This document shows, piece after piece, positions 50,847 through 64,000 of a stretch of DNA of 64,000 bases. The stretch is from assembly GCA_951406725.2 (NCBI GenBank), contig OX597814.1, positions 53,072,001-53,136,000 on the forward strand. Reading direction: 5' to 3'. Both the position numbers and the translations under genes were made by a program. Numbering within the stretch: the first letter of the stretch is position 1; the number at the start of each line of letters is the position of its first letter. The stretch is from Octopus vulgaris (taxonomy: Eukaryota). Under the pieces are notes generated by a model. It saw nothing but the letters and a program-made list of their open reading frames with translations, had not been told where the DNA came from and ran no database searches.

Positions 50847-51230
50847 AGGCGGCGAGCTGGCAGAAATGTTAGCACGCCGGGCAAAATGCGTAGCCGTATT
50901 TCGTCTGCCGTTACGTTCTGAGTTCAAATTCCGCCAAGGTCGACTTTGCCTTTCATCCTTTCGGGGTCGATTAAATAAGTACCAGTTACGCACTGGGGTC
51001 GATATAATCGACTTAATCCGTTTGTCTGTCCCTGTTTGTCCTCTCTGTGTTTAGCCCCTTGTGGGTAGTAAAGAAATAGGTATTTCGTTCGTCTTTACGT
51101 TCTGAGTTCAAATTCCGCCGACATCGACTTAGCCTTTCATCCTTTCGATCCCGATAAAACAAGCACCAGTTGAGTAATGATGTCGATGTAATCGATTAAA
51201 CACCTCTCCCATGTCAAAATTTCAAACCAA
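50847..51230 (+). mobile_element. Young Meta/MESC-core tRNA SINE plus a second partial unit
   Basis: ggcggcgagctggcagaa head, gagttcaaattcc B box, gcctttcatcctttcggggtcgattaaataagtaccag core. Sister copies at ~53833, ~55757, ~56940 (-) and ~63222; decayed copies at ~6010, ~6130, ~9990, ~10730-11220, ~14110, ~25000 and ~27085. Confidence 0.85.
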
Positions 51231-51493
51231 TATTAGTTTAGATTTAATTATGTAAATTTAAATGACTGGACGTCAGCAAATGTTTTTATCACCTTCACTG
51301 CAAGCTAACACTAACTGTTATTAGATCACATCACCACCACCATCACCACAACCACCATAATATTCACGACCACAACTACGACGACGACGACGACGACCAC
51401 CACCACCACCACCACCACCACCACCACCGCCATTTAAGGTAGTTTCTTGCTGCTTGTTTTGCCAAATATTTAGTTTAATACCATAGTGCCAGC

Positions 51494-51524
<31 letters not shown>

Positions 51525-51576
51525 CTTCTCTCTCTCTCTCTCGCGCACAAATACGCTCGCGCGCACCCTTTCCCGC

Positions 51577-51658
<82 letters not shown>

Positions 51659-51660
51659 CG

Positions 51661-51711
<51 letters not shown>

Positions 51712-52253
51712 CCTACATACTCTACAGCTTTATGTTATCCATATGAATGCGTTTACCAACAAACAACTTCTACGATAAGTGGGTAACGGTTTTGACAAAG
51801 ATGGCCGCTGAATGAATTCTATGCATCGTTTTCAACCTTGCCTCAATATTAACTCGGCAACCAAAATATGATATTCAAAAATGTTTCATTATTTCTCTAA
51901 TCTTCTCACATTATGCAGTTTCCTAAGAATAAACGTTTTATTTGTTTAATATTTTTACCGCGTAATCATCAAAAAACGATGAAAATTTAAATGTTCCAAA
52001 AGGTATCGATAACAACATGGTCTTTACATTCTGAATCATAATGTTACAATGCTGCGGTCGTTTAGCCTTAAGATCTTGTTTATCTCTTCTGTCTCTACAA
52101 TAAAACTACGACTAGAAGTAAAACATTACTGCAATGAGTTTGTCTCAAACTGACAAATGCTTTTCCGATAGGGATCGCCGTTACAGATTAACATAAAAAT
52201 AACATTTAACGTATGCTCTCTCTCTTTTCTTTCTCTGTCTGTCTGTCTGTCTG

Positions 52254-52290
<37 letters not shown>

Positions 52291-53038
52291 ACCATGCATA
52301 CACGTTAAGGCATGTTTGTTTGAGTGTATGCGGGCGTATGCGTGTGTGTATGTGTGTGTGCGTATGTGAGTGTGTATGTTTAGTTCGCTAATGTAAAGGC
52401 GTTTATTCCGTGTTCATACGATGCATTGAATTTGTGTAAGTACATATATATTCATATATACATACAAGTATACATACACACATTCATATGCTTAAATATA
52501 TATGCAAGTGTGTACACATACACACACACACACACACATATATATACAGACATGTATACATATATAAACATATATATACACATATATGTATATATATGTG
52601 TGTGTGCATACAAAAAGTGGAGGGAGAGAGAGAGGGAGAAAGAAGGAGTGAGAAAGGGAGAGAGAGAGGGAGAAAGAAGGAGAGAGAGAGGGAGAGCGAG
52701 GGAGAGAGTGAGGAAGAGTATAAGCGTAAACCAGCCCCACTTTCAATCTATTAAAAACCTGATTAAAACAAATGTTTCAAAAAATTCCTAAGCTTTTCAA
52801 GTTTGCATATTTTTATGGATACATCTAGGGAGATGTGCGCGCGCGCACATACACAAACACACACACATACATACACGTACACACATACGCACACACAGAA
52901 ATACACAGATACATACACTCAAAATTTGTTGTAATCTTATATGAAAGGAGGTATTGCGGATGTCAGTTTGTATGTATGTATATACCCATACACATATCTC
53001 TGACTGTCAGTCTGTTTTTCTGTCTGTCTCTTTCTCCT

Positions 53039-53099
<61 letters not shown>

Positions 53100-53104
<5 letters not shown>

Positions 53105-53640
53105 CATATGTGGGAAATTCTGTCTGTGAGTTTGTAGAGTTGTTAGCTAACTCCTCCTACATCGTTTTATCGATTTTGATGAAACTTGATATGTGAGTAG
53201 AACTCATATCTGGAAACCTCATAGCATACTCAGATTGTTAAAAAAATCGATAATAGGGCCCCTGGAATGGATCCTTATATATAAATCTAATATATTTTAT
53301 TTTAAAGACCAATGGAAATAACCCATTCATCCCTGGAAGGGATCCTTATATATAGCCAAGGGAAATTACCCATTCACTTTCCTAAATTATTTGGTAAAAA
53401 TGAAATTGAGTATGCTTATTTCTTAGTATTTGAACTGTTAGAGTTATTTTCGCAATTTATCCAGTACAACCCTTAAACAAGTAAATAATATTTTCCTAAA
53501 CGATAGTTTGTAAGCATAAATAATATGTTGTCTTATCTAAAGCGCTAGATACAAAGGGGACTTCCTCGTAGAAGTGCAGACTATATAGACTGACAAAGCC
53601 AGAAACTTCGGCTGAGCATTTCGCCCATTGGTTAGCACCG
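53100..53640 (+). mobile_element. Possible Helitron/Helentron-type non-autonomous element
   Basis: ctgtctgt..aactcctcctac..atcgattttgatgaaacttg start resembling DINE/HINE-like elements; internal direct repeat ccctggaa.ggatccttatatata..ggaaat.acccattca twice. Termini not defined. Confidence 0.35.
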
Positions 53641-54585
53641 AAAGGCTCAATGTTCTTTTTTCTTTTTTTGTTTTTGGTTTTGATGCAACCTTGCTATAAA
53701 AAAAGAAATTGATTTTCTAGTTTGGTGTGATATCTGTGTTGATAGGTTTGAAAGAAAGACTGGTTTAGAAAATCTGAGAATAATTATAAAATTGATTCGG
53801 TGGTGAATCGGTAATAGTCGTTAATATTTAATTAGCTGGCAGAATCGTAACCACGTCGGGGAGAATGTTTAATGGCATTTCGCCCGTCTTTACGTTCTGA
53901 GATCAAATTCCGACGAGGTCGACTTTGTCTTTCATCCTTTCGGGATCGATAAAATAAGTACTAGTTGAGTACTGGGGTCGATGTAATCGACTTACCCCTT
54001 CAACCCGAATATGCTGACCTTATGCCAACATTTGAAAGCAATATTTAATAGGAAATGAGATCCATTTTAACATGGGAAGAGTTGAATCAATTGATATGCT
54101 TGCTACTATTGTTGTAGAGAGGCAAGGATGTGATCTGAATTTTGGGAATGATAGAGTAAAAACAATTTTGCTAATGATGCTAAGGTCAGATTTTAAGAGT
54201 TGATAAGCCTGGTAGAAGGATAACTGTTAAAGTTAGATTACCTTTTAGCGTGACATAGGGTTCTTGGGTTAGAGTGTTCTATATTTCATGTCGCGTCTAG
54301 CTGTTTGTATGATTGTGCATAGAAAAATATATTCATATATGAAATTCCAACCTAGTCCGATTTTCACATTTTATTATTTGCAATTTTTACAATTTTACAA
54401 CATTATAACAACAGAATATTATACATCTACTGTGATAAAACTAGTACTTTCTTGCCTTACACAAACATCAGGTTAATGTAGTGATAGTCGTGTTCCACGT
54501 GCCCTTCTTTCGTTTGTTCACCCAGTCGTATATACGCACGCACACAAACGCACATACACACACATTCTCTCTCTCACACATACAC

Positions 54586-54749
54586 AGGCGCAGGAGTGGC
54601 TGTTTTGTAAGAGGCTTGCTTTCCAACCACATGGTTCCGGGTTCAGTCGCACTGCGTGCCACCTTAGGCAAGTGTCTTCTACTATAGCCTCGGGTCGCCC
54701 AAAGCTTTGTGAGTGGATTTGGCAGAGGGAAACTGAAAGAAGCCTGTCG

Positions 54750-54784
<35 letters not shown>

Positions 54785-54810
54785 GTGTGTCTTTGTGCCT
54801 GTGTTTGTCG
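54586..54810 (+). mobile_element. CORE-like tRNA SINE (other copies at ~56220-56680 (-), ~59745-60030 (-), 60188-60500, ~62808-62930, ~32848-33000)
   Basis: ggcgcaggagtggctg head, gggttcagtc B-box-like, caccttaggcaagtgtctt core, internal microsatellite. Confidence 0.8.
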
Positions 54811-55040
54811 TCTGGGTATACAAGTTGTTCCCTTCTACTGAAGCTAATTTTTGATTTAAGGTTTTCTTCGATTTTTATATTAATATGATTTTAAATCATA
54901 ATTGTAATTTCATATAACCGGTTATTGAAAAGACCGTTAGTTGAAAGGACCAATGAAACAAAACCATTCTCAAATGTGTATCTATCAAAGTAATTGCATA
55001 TTTATACATATAACCTTATTTTTGTTTCATTCTCAATCCA

Positions 55041-55082
55041 AACTGTCCGACGAACGGGAACGTGGAACTCTGAGTAACAGTT
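55041..55082 (+). ncRNA. Degenerate ultra-minimal hammerhead-like motif
   Basis: aactgt-CCGACGA-acgggaacgtggaactct-GAGTA-acagtt: perfect 6-bp closing stem, but no complete GAAA or stem III. Confidence 0.3.
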
Positions 55083-55306
55083 TTTGTGATATATATATGT
55101 GAGAAGTAGATAGACAGCCGACAACTGATGAAGGGTTGTTCTTTGAGTTACTTGTCCTCTTTTCCATTTTTTCTCGTTGTTTGCATCATATTTAACTCGT
55201 TTGTTTTCGTACTTGATGTTGTTTACAGTTGGTGATGTCCTGTACCCATATATATATATATATATTTATATTATTATTTAATTGAACGCTACGCATCCAT
55301 TTCCAA

Positions 55307-55389
<83 letters not shown>

Positions 55390-58300
55390 ATTGATAATAA
55401 TTTAGGACTTTCCAAGAGTTCCCTGTCAACATGATTTATCAGATATTTTTTTTATGTGGAATAAATTCCATTCATCGCACATATCAAATAACGTTTCTAT
55501 GCATTCCTCAACAGCATAAAATAAAACTGGTTTAAAAAAATCAACATGATTTATTTTCAAACAAGTATTAAATCTCTTTCACCCGACATATAAGGCTAAA
55601 GAAGGAAGATATAACTTCTGCTATCACTGGCACCTTTTCTAACTGATCAAGTAGTTTGAAAGATGCTGTGAGAATCAGCTTTTGTTAAATCTTGATTTTT
55701 TTTATTAGTGAAACGAACTTGAGCTAATCAAGAATGGTAATACACGATTGTATTAAGGGCAACGAGCTGACAGAATCGATACCGCGCCGGACAAAATGCT
55801 CATCGGCATATTTTTTACTTTAGCCTCTGAATTCAAATGCCACCGGCTTCGACTATGCCTTCCATCCTTTCGGGATCGATAAAATTAGTACCAGTTGAGA
55901 ACTGAGGTCGATGTAATCGACTTACTACCTCCCACGGAATTGCTGGCCTTCTGTCAAAATTTGAAACTAGTTACATGATTATTTTGTTTTATGGAGACTT
56001 GTTGCTCTTCACCATTCCTTAGCACTTCTAATAACATTGATTGCTTTTGTATAGCGACTCCAGCAACATATATATCAATACAGTCGATCGAGTCGACCTC
56101 AGTATATTACTGCTTCACACTATATCCATTCTTGAGGAGTGAAAGGCAAAGTTTATCTCGGCGGAATTCGATCCCAGAATGTATCAAGATGGAACTGAAG
56201 AATCTTTTATCTTTTTGCTTGTTTCGTTCATTAAATTTCCGCCATTCTTGGGCATCATATTGAAGGGTTTAATCGAACAAATCGGTCGCAGAACTTACTT
56301 CTTTGTTTAAAGTCTGGTACTTATACTATCGGTATCTTTTGCCCAGCCGCTACGTTACAGAGATGGAAACAAACCAACACTGGTTGTCAAGCAGTGGAGG
56401 GTGACAAATGAAAACACAAAGACGCACACACACACACACACACATACACACACACACACACACAAACACACACATACATACACACATACACACACATACA
56501 CACACAAACACACATGTATACATATATACACGGAGGGCTTCTTTCAGTTTCCGTCAGCCAAATCCACTGAAAAGGCTTTGGTCGGCCCGTGACTATTATA
56601 GAAGGCATTTGCTCAAGGTGCCATGCAGTGGGACTGAAACTGAACTCGAAACCATTTGGTTCGGAAGGAAACTTTTTACCTCATTATCACTCCAGACAAA
56701 AATATCTCATATTTCTTAGCTTTATTCTCCATTCTGAATTCTGCTATCGTCGACTTTATCTTTCATCCTTATCCGGTCGATTATGTACGTACCAAATACT
56801 TTGGTCTCGATTCTGTCGCCTATATCTTTCGACAACAAATGTGCGGCTCAGTGCTATTATCAGAATAAGAAATTATCGATATTTGAAACTAGAAAGAAGA
56901 GTGAGATAAATATATGGCCTCAACATGCTTTTAATATTGATTTCAAAGTTTGGCACACGGCCAGCAATTTCAGGGGATTGCATCGACCCCAGTATTCAAC
57001 TGGTTCTTATTTTATCGACCCCGAAAAGATGAAGGGTAAAGTCGACTTCGGTGGAATCTGAACTCAGAACATGAAGACAGAGGAATTGCTGCTTAGCATT
57101 CCGCCCGGTGTGCTAACAATTCTGCTAGTTCGTCGCCTTAATATTCTCTCAAATTCGCACACTTATTGCAGCGGTCCTTCAGTTTTCTAAGCCCTGTAAG
57201 AGAGCGCGGAAGGTTGGGCCTCCAGACAGGCCTTTCACGATGCCCTTAAAGCGAGGAACTTTTCAGTACACTCTCGTAATTGGTGGGTGTTGTAGTGGTG
57301 CAAATGTGTGTAGAATGGTGTGATGCTGGTATTGCTCTCGTGAGTAGTGATCATTCCTTGCTCTACTCAATGAGGAGATACGTCTTTAATATATCTTAAA
57401 TGTGTGTGTGTATGTAACGAGAGAGAGGGAGAGAGAAATAGAGATAAATAGATAAAAAAGGGGAGAGGGAGAGAGAAGGCTGCTGAAAATATTTGTGGTT
57501 TATTTGTCTTGATCGAATTCTTTTGCATGGCTTAACGTATAAAAATTTTTTAACCGGGAATCGAAACTGTACGTCAGATTTAGTCACGGCGCTCGATATT
57601 ATATGTGAGTTAAGTAAAGTCTTATTTCTAACACTGACCACATGTTTTGGGAGAGTGTTTAGTAGATTTAGTCAATACCTAAATACTAATGGTTCTTATC
57701 AACCATTTAAGGAGGGGTGGCATAATTGGCCTAGTTTCAAACTAAAGCACGAAGTAATTAATACCGCGAAGTATATTGTCGGGTGCTCCGTCTGTCATTC
57801 ATTTCCCTTGAGATAAATAAAGTATTGAAGTCTAAAGAATTTATCACCTTATCGTCGCTGTAAGTATGCATCTTGACATTTTTGTAAGGTATTTGTGTAT
57901 GTTTACACATTTATTAGCACCATGCTATCACAACGTCGGAAGACAAAGAGTTCTTTATTGAAACAATAAATCTGTTTTACCTTGCCAAACAAAAAAAAAG
58001 TATGCAATGTTTAGAGCTTTTAGGAAATATAGGAGGCATACACAACTCTTCGTTTTTATAAGTGTTAGTAGAATGAAGTTGGTTGGAGGAAATAATAGCA
58101 ATATTGTGTTGAGATTTATTTTACTTATTGAGAGTGATGATAATAAAAAAGAAGTTGTGAGGATTACATTTATTTTGATAAGAAGAAAATAGCTGATATA
58201 TTCTAAAATGTTGAATTTCTGTGGATGAATGCTTAACATCGTGTGAGATAACCGTGTACTAGTTCTAACAGAGTTCTAACGCGCTAAAAGAGTATTATCA

Positions 58301-60089
58301 TTGCGGCAAGGGAACACATCCTTGCAACAAACACCACCGATTAACACACAGCCGTCGATAAAGATATTATCTACATATACGACGGAGGAGAATGTTACAG
58401 TGTTGTCTGTAACCTAAGAAATATCTCTAATGGTTGACTGTAATGTTGTATTTATGTAGCCAACCCCAAATTTAATTGCCTTTAATAAATTTGTTACCAC
58501 ATTATCCACTGCGTCTTTTCGTTTCCAAGGCATTAGGATGGGATTTGAGTTAACCATCAATTCTTACCCTACCGCCACGCAAACGGAAGGACCCATTTTG
58601 TTTAATGAGAAAACTCCACGACGTGGTTAGCGACTACGCCGAAGATCTAGTTACAACAAAATCTATTACAAATTTTCTGAGATTTCAGAAAATGGTTTCT
58701 CAGCATTATTTCTGATACTTGAAACGGCTTTTAGACCAACCTGATTCTTATTAATCAGCAAACCTTATACAATATGTTTTATTGTGCTACTGTCGGTGAG
58801 AACTCAGATGGAAGACGTTGCTTCATACTAACTAGAGTATGCTGCATGGAACAGGGATAATAAATTAGAATACAGCATGGAAAACTAAAGGATATGTATA
58901 TATTTAGAAGTAAAGGATATGTTTTTAGTTATAAATATATATGGTATTGAAAAAAAAAAGAAAGAAAATATACTTTATGAAACGCACTCTAGATAAATTC
59001 AGAACTCGGTGTTATGTATGTATGTATGTATGTATGTATGTATGTATGTATGTATGTATGTATGTATGTATGTATGTATGTATGCATGCATGCATGTATG
59101 TATGAGTGTGTGGGTGGTGTGTGTAGTTATATTTAACGTACTCTGTTAAATTAGAGTTAAAATATTTAATGCAAGAAGCATTTAAAAGCTAACTAGAAAT
59201 AGTTATGTCTTGAAAGAAAAACAACATTAGTCATTGACTGATATTCTTTTAATCATTTCGGCAAGTACGGGAGACAACTAAAATATACCGAAACTGAGGC
59301 CTCTCTGATTGGCTTAAAGCTTTAGCATGATTCGAATATAGTTTGCTTTGAAACAAAATTGTATAACTAAAGCTGTTTCTCAAAATGTGTGGTAAGTGCA
59401 TTGGTGACAATTATACCGTTCAGTTTCGGTATATTTTAGTTTCTCATCAGATCGAAGTATAGGCTCTGCTCATCATCTGAATGTCCAAAGATGAAACTCA
59501 TGTCCCCGCAAGCCAGCTACGGAACTTCTACATGATCCCTCGACCTGCAAGAGCAGTCAATATCCTTCAGATCACACAGTACCCTCTCATAAAGATGGGA
59601 TAGTCACAGCTGGAACATCTTTGATCCTAGATCTGCTTGATCAGAGCCAACCTGGAGTTAATCTCCTTTACGCTCATCGCCACGACAACCACCATCACTG
59701 CCACTGCCGCCACTACCACCATTTTGCCGCTGCCGCATCACTGAGTTATGGGGACGTAAATAAACTAATACCGATTGTCAAACAGTGGTGGGGGACAGAC
59801 ATAACACAAACACACACAGACACAGACACACACAGACACACACACACACACACACAGAGACACACACGCACGCACACACACACACATACATACACACACA
59901 CGCACACTTTTGGTTTCCGTCTATTAAATCCACAGGCTTTGGTCGGCCGGAGATAGTGTGACTGAACATAAGACCACATGGTCTTGTGTTCTTGTGTTTT
60001 TAGGAAGGAAACTTCTTAACCACACAGCCACTTCTATGTCAATGATACAAGAGAATTCTCTGAGGACACCTGCGTTTAACTCCATGTCT

Positions 60090-60164
<75 letters not shown>

Positions 60165-60270
60165 GCTAGCTAGCTATAAATATGTATATATATATATATA
60201 TATATATAGCCTCGGGCAGACCAATGCCTTGTGAGTGGATTTGGTAGACGGAAACTGAAAGAAGCCCGTC

Positions 60271-60320
<50 letters not shown>

Positions 60321-62559
60321 ATGTGTGTTTGTGTGTCTGTGTTTGTCCCCCTAGCATTGCTTGACAACCGATGCTGGTGTGTTTACGTCCCCTTCACTTA
60401 GCGGTTCGGCAAAAGAGACCGATAGAATAAGTACTGGGCTCGACTAAAGGCGGTGCTCCAGCATGGCCGCAGTCAAATGACTGAAACAAGTAAAAGAAAA
60501 GAGAAAAAAAAAAAATATATATATATACGTACACAAGCACATAAGCACATATGTGGGTTCTTACCTGTTTATAATGATTTAAATTCTTCTACTGAGAGAG
60601 GAGCTGGTTTCTAACAAAGATACAAAGTACCATCGCTGAAATGCAGATAACGAAAACAATGTCACAGTCTAAACTTGAGAAAAGTCATGCATATATTTAC
60701 TGTTGCACTTACAGATTGCATTTGTAATATGCGAGTTAGTTGATTGGTTTCTTTTTCTGAAATCCCTAGCTTATTCACTGCTATTTGCACCGCACTTGAT
60801 CAGATTCCCCTAAGGCATTATTCACTAGTTGTTATTGGTATAAATGTGATTTTATAATCTGGATATAGAATCTGGTAGTTTCGAAGCAGTTGTCCTTAGT
60901 TATCCTCTTTCTCTTTGGTTCTCAAAGAGATATTTACTCCAGCAGTACAGATGACCACTTCAACAGTGTATACTGTTACTTGTCTATCTCAAACAACGAC
61001 ATCTGGCTTGTTTTTTTTACACTTAACAGATGAATTAAAGATCTGTTAAATGAACGTATTATCTCAAATATATGCTACTGTTGCTAAGTCTCACGAGTTG
61101 ACTCATGAGGAAAGGTGTTGTGCCCATGATGATCATACATTTTTTTTATCACACACACACTCTACATGTTGGACAATATCAATATGCTTTTCCTTTGTAA
61201 AAAGTTTGAATGTAACTGGAAGGAGATTTGGCTGTTGTTTCTAGCAAGTCAATCGATCACGTTAAAGTTCCCTCGTCAGCTCGACCTCCGATACATATTT
61301 CTATCGGGTTTTACATAAAAAGCTACTCTATAGATTCTTTTTAAAAAATCGTTGAATGGCTCGTGCGCCTAGCTGTCGTTGCTAATGACTTAAAACATTT
61401 TTGATAAGCCTATCTCCAAGGGATTGCATCTTTTCATATCTTGTTGCTTACTTAACCAGACAGTTGATTAAATCTACTACTCTTGTTCATCACCATGATA
61501 ACTACGACTGATAATGTTCTTTCCTGTGGAAATATATGATTTATTCTGCTGTGAATGACAATAGATTGTATTTTCCCTTCATATTTACCTACAGCCATTC
61601 TCTCATCTTTTTTTATTCCTTTTGTTCCATCTATTCTCTGTTGTATTTACCTCTCTCCCTTCGTTTGCTTATCTCTCCATTTCTTTGTATGATTCAACTC
61701 CGTCAACACATCTTCCTTTGTCTCTCTCCATTCATTCCATTTCCCCCCCAGTCTTCAGTCTCTCTTCAACCGTCTGTCCATCTCTGTAAGTGTCGTTCTC
61801 TTACCAATGTTTCAATTTTGTTAATATGATTGTTTGTCTCTGCCTGTTTACTTCATTATTCCCTCCCACTCTCTCTCCTTGCTTGCCTATTTGTCAGTCT
61901 CTCTCTCTCTATTTCTTCCCTTATCACCCTACTCTCTCCCTCTCTCTCTCTCTCTGTATCTCCCTCGTTGATGTTGTTAACTCATATGACTCTGACAATT
62001 TGTTTCCATATTACTCTTACAAAACAACTCATATCCACTAAAGCCTTTTACAGTACAATAATAATATTCTGTCAAAAATAGAGACAGGAAACAGTAGGCT
62101 TTATATTGTTATTACTTGATTAATTGCATACATCAATTCAGAATTATTTTCTTTCCTTACAATGCCGTGTTACTTAGACCGTGCGCTCCTCTCAATTCAT
62201 GCTCGAGGCAACAGGTAGGTTTCTGATGGAAAGCTTGATACTCGCATTTGTGTGCACGCTTACTTTTAGTCTGAATGGTAGAAAATATATCACGATATGA
62301 TCTTGTTTCTGAACTGACTTTTTCTTTGTTGTCTTTGGAAAGACAACAGTAACAGCAATGGAAATGCTAGCTAACATCTTCAGTTACACACACATACACA
62401 CAGATGTATGTATGTATATGTGCGTGTGTGCGTACGTGTGTATGTGCATGTGTGTGTTTTGTGTGTGTGTATAGATAACAAACATACCTTTATAAAATGT
62501 ATGAATGTATACACACACATACACATATATATATATGTATGTATAAATATATATGTATG

Positions 62560-62598
<39 letters not shown>

Positions 62599-62927
62599 GG
62601 CAACATGATATCAAGAAGTGATGCACTACGACATCTTGATATCCTGTTGCTTTTTTTGATTTTATTCACCTTAGTTCGAACTGTGCTGATAATACTTGAC
62701 TGACTTGGTGCTTCAACACTTAAGTACCTAATTCAGCTGAATCTCAATTATATATATATATATATATAGCCACACACACACACACACACACACATGAATA
62801 TTTAAGCGTAGGTGTGGCTGTTTGGTAAGAAGTTTACTTCTCAATCACATGGTCCCAGGTTCAATCTCTGCCCGACCAAATCCTCGTTACAGGTAGACGG
62901 AATCTGAAAGAAGCCAAGAAGCTTGTC

Positions 62928-63042
<115 letters not shown>

Positions 63043-63410
63043 ATATACATTAATATGTATGCGTATGTGTACATGCATACAAATATATTCGTTTATATTC
63101 AATATAAGCAAATACATATGTACACATGTATGTGTGTATACTTATGTATATATAACGACACACGCACGCACATACATATACATATGTGTATGTGTGTGCG
63201 TGTGCGTGCGCGTATATGTGAGGGCGGCGAGCTGGCAGAATCATGTACACAGTGCATTTCATTCGTCTTCATATTTTGGATTCAAATTCCGCCGACTTCG
63301 CCATTCATTCCTTCGGGGTCGATGAAATGAGTATCAGCGAGGCATGAACATCCCTCCCCTTGAATTTCAGGCCTTGTACATAAATAAATACATACACATG
63401 TATGTATTTA

Positions 63411-64000
63411 TTGGGTTGGAAAGGAAATCTTGTCTCACTTGTGACATGATCACTTCGAGGGCACTTTCTCAATTCTGACAGTAAAATAAGCATTAATTTT
63501 TTTACATTCTAATGCCGTTTCCTTCTTTGCAAATTATTTTAAACCATAGTAGTTAATTTTGTATCATTTTTACTCTTTTAAAATGAGTTTAGATCAGACC
63601 GATTCCACACCCTGCATGCTGTATGAATTCAAAAGGAAGTTTTCAGCAATTTAAACAAGAAGATAAATTCATTTTCTTTATAAAATGAAGATTTAAGTGT
63701 TCGGGAAATTTTTCTGTCGCAGGTTCTCGTTCTGGACGACCACGTTCTGGTAATATTGTTCTGAAAACTGTTGGTGATAAAAATGTAAAGACTGCACGAG
63801 TATTTGCCAAACAGTTTAACGCAAGTCACGCTTCAATCATAAAACACCTTCACGGACTAGGAAGTGTCAAAACTTGGTCAGAGGGTCATTCATCATTTGA
63901 TTACTTCTCAACTTAATCAAAGCTCGTCACTGAAAAGCAGACTTGCTATCGAACCTTTTAGGGTAGAATCATCCCAAGTGTTAAAAAGTGTCTTTTCTAT
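63411..64000 (+). mobile_element. Degenerate mariner, 5' part, running off the window
   Basis: ta-ttgggttgg TIR start; CMLYEFKR and RSGRP N-terminal motifs with frameshifts. Confidence 0.7.

Noticed and set aside
51335-51430. Poly-Gly/Arg ORF on the minus strand
   Set aside because: (CAC)n/(GAC)n trinucleotide repeat without exon context.

Overview
AT-rich, microsatellite- and SINE-laden eukaryotic DNA, most likely an octopus/coleoid cephalopod genome (inferred from repeat families, not proven). Nearly all ORFs in the supplied track are microsatellite or transposon artefacts. One host gene is readable by hand: the last four + strand coding exons (1216-1325, 2633-2710, 8958-9049, 12970-12995) splice in frame into the C-terminal ABM domain of a NECAB-family protein. 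CpGs are erased even inside SINEs from the window start to ~33 kb and retained after it, suggesting a methylated transcription unit running ~20 kb past the stop codon (very long 3' UTR and/or a distal alternative last exon at 32180). The right half holds an IR/DR Tc1 (DD34E) nested in a SINE, several mariner relics, a HERO-like and a Dong/R4-like RLE retrotransposon, and young tRNA-derived SINEs. The most unusual signal is a set of hammerhead-ribozyme-like motifs: a tail-to-tail pair locked in an 81-bp hairpin at 17.4 kb, one in a TATA/Inr/AATAAA LTR-like module at the 3' end of the HERO-like element, and minimal variant cores at 45.0 and 55.0 kb. None of this was checked computationally.
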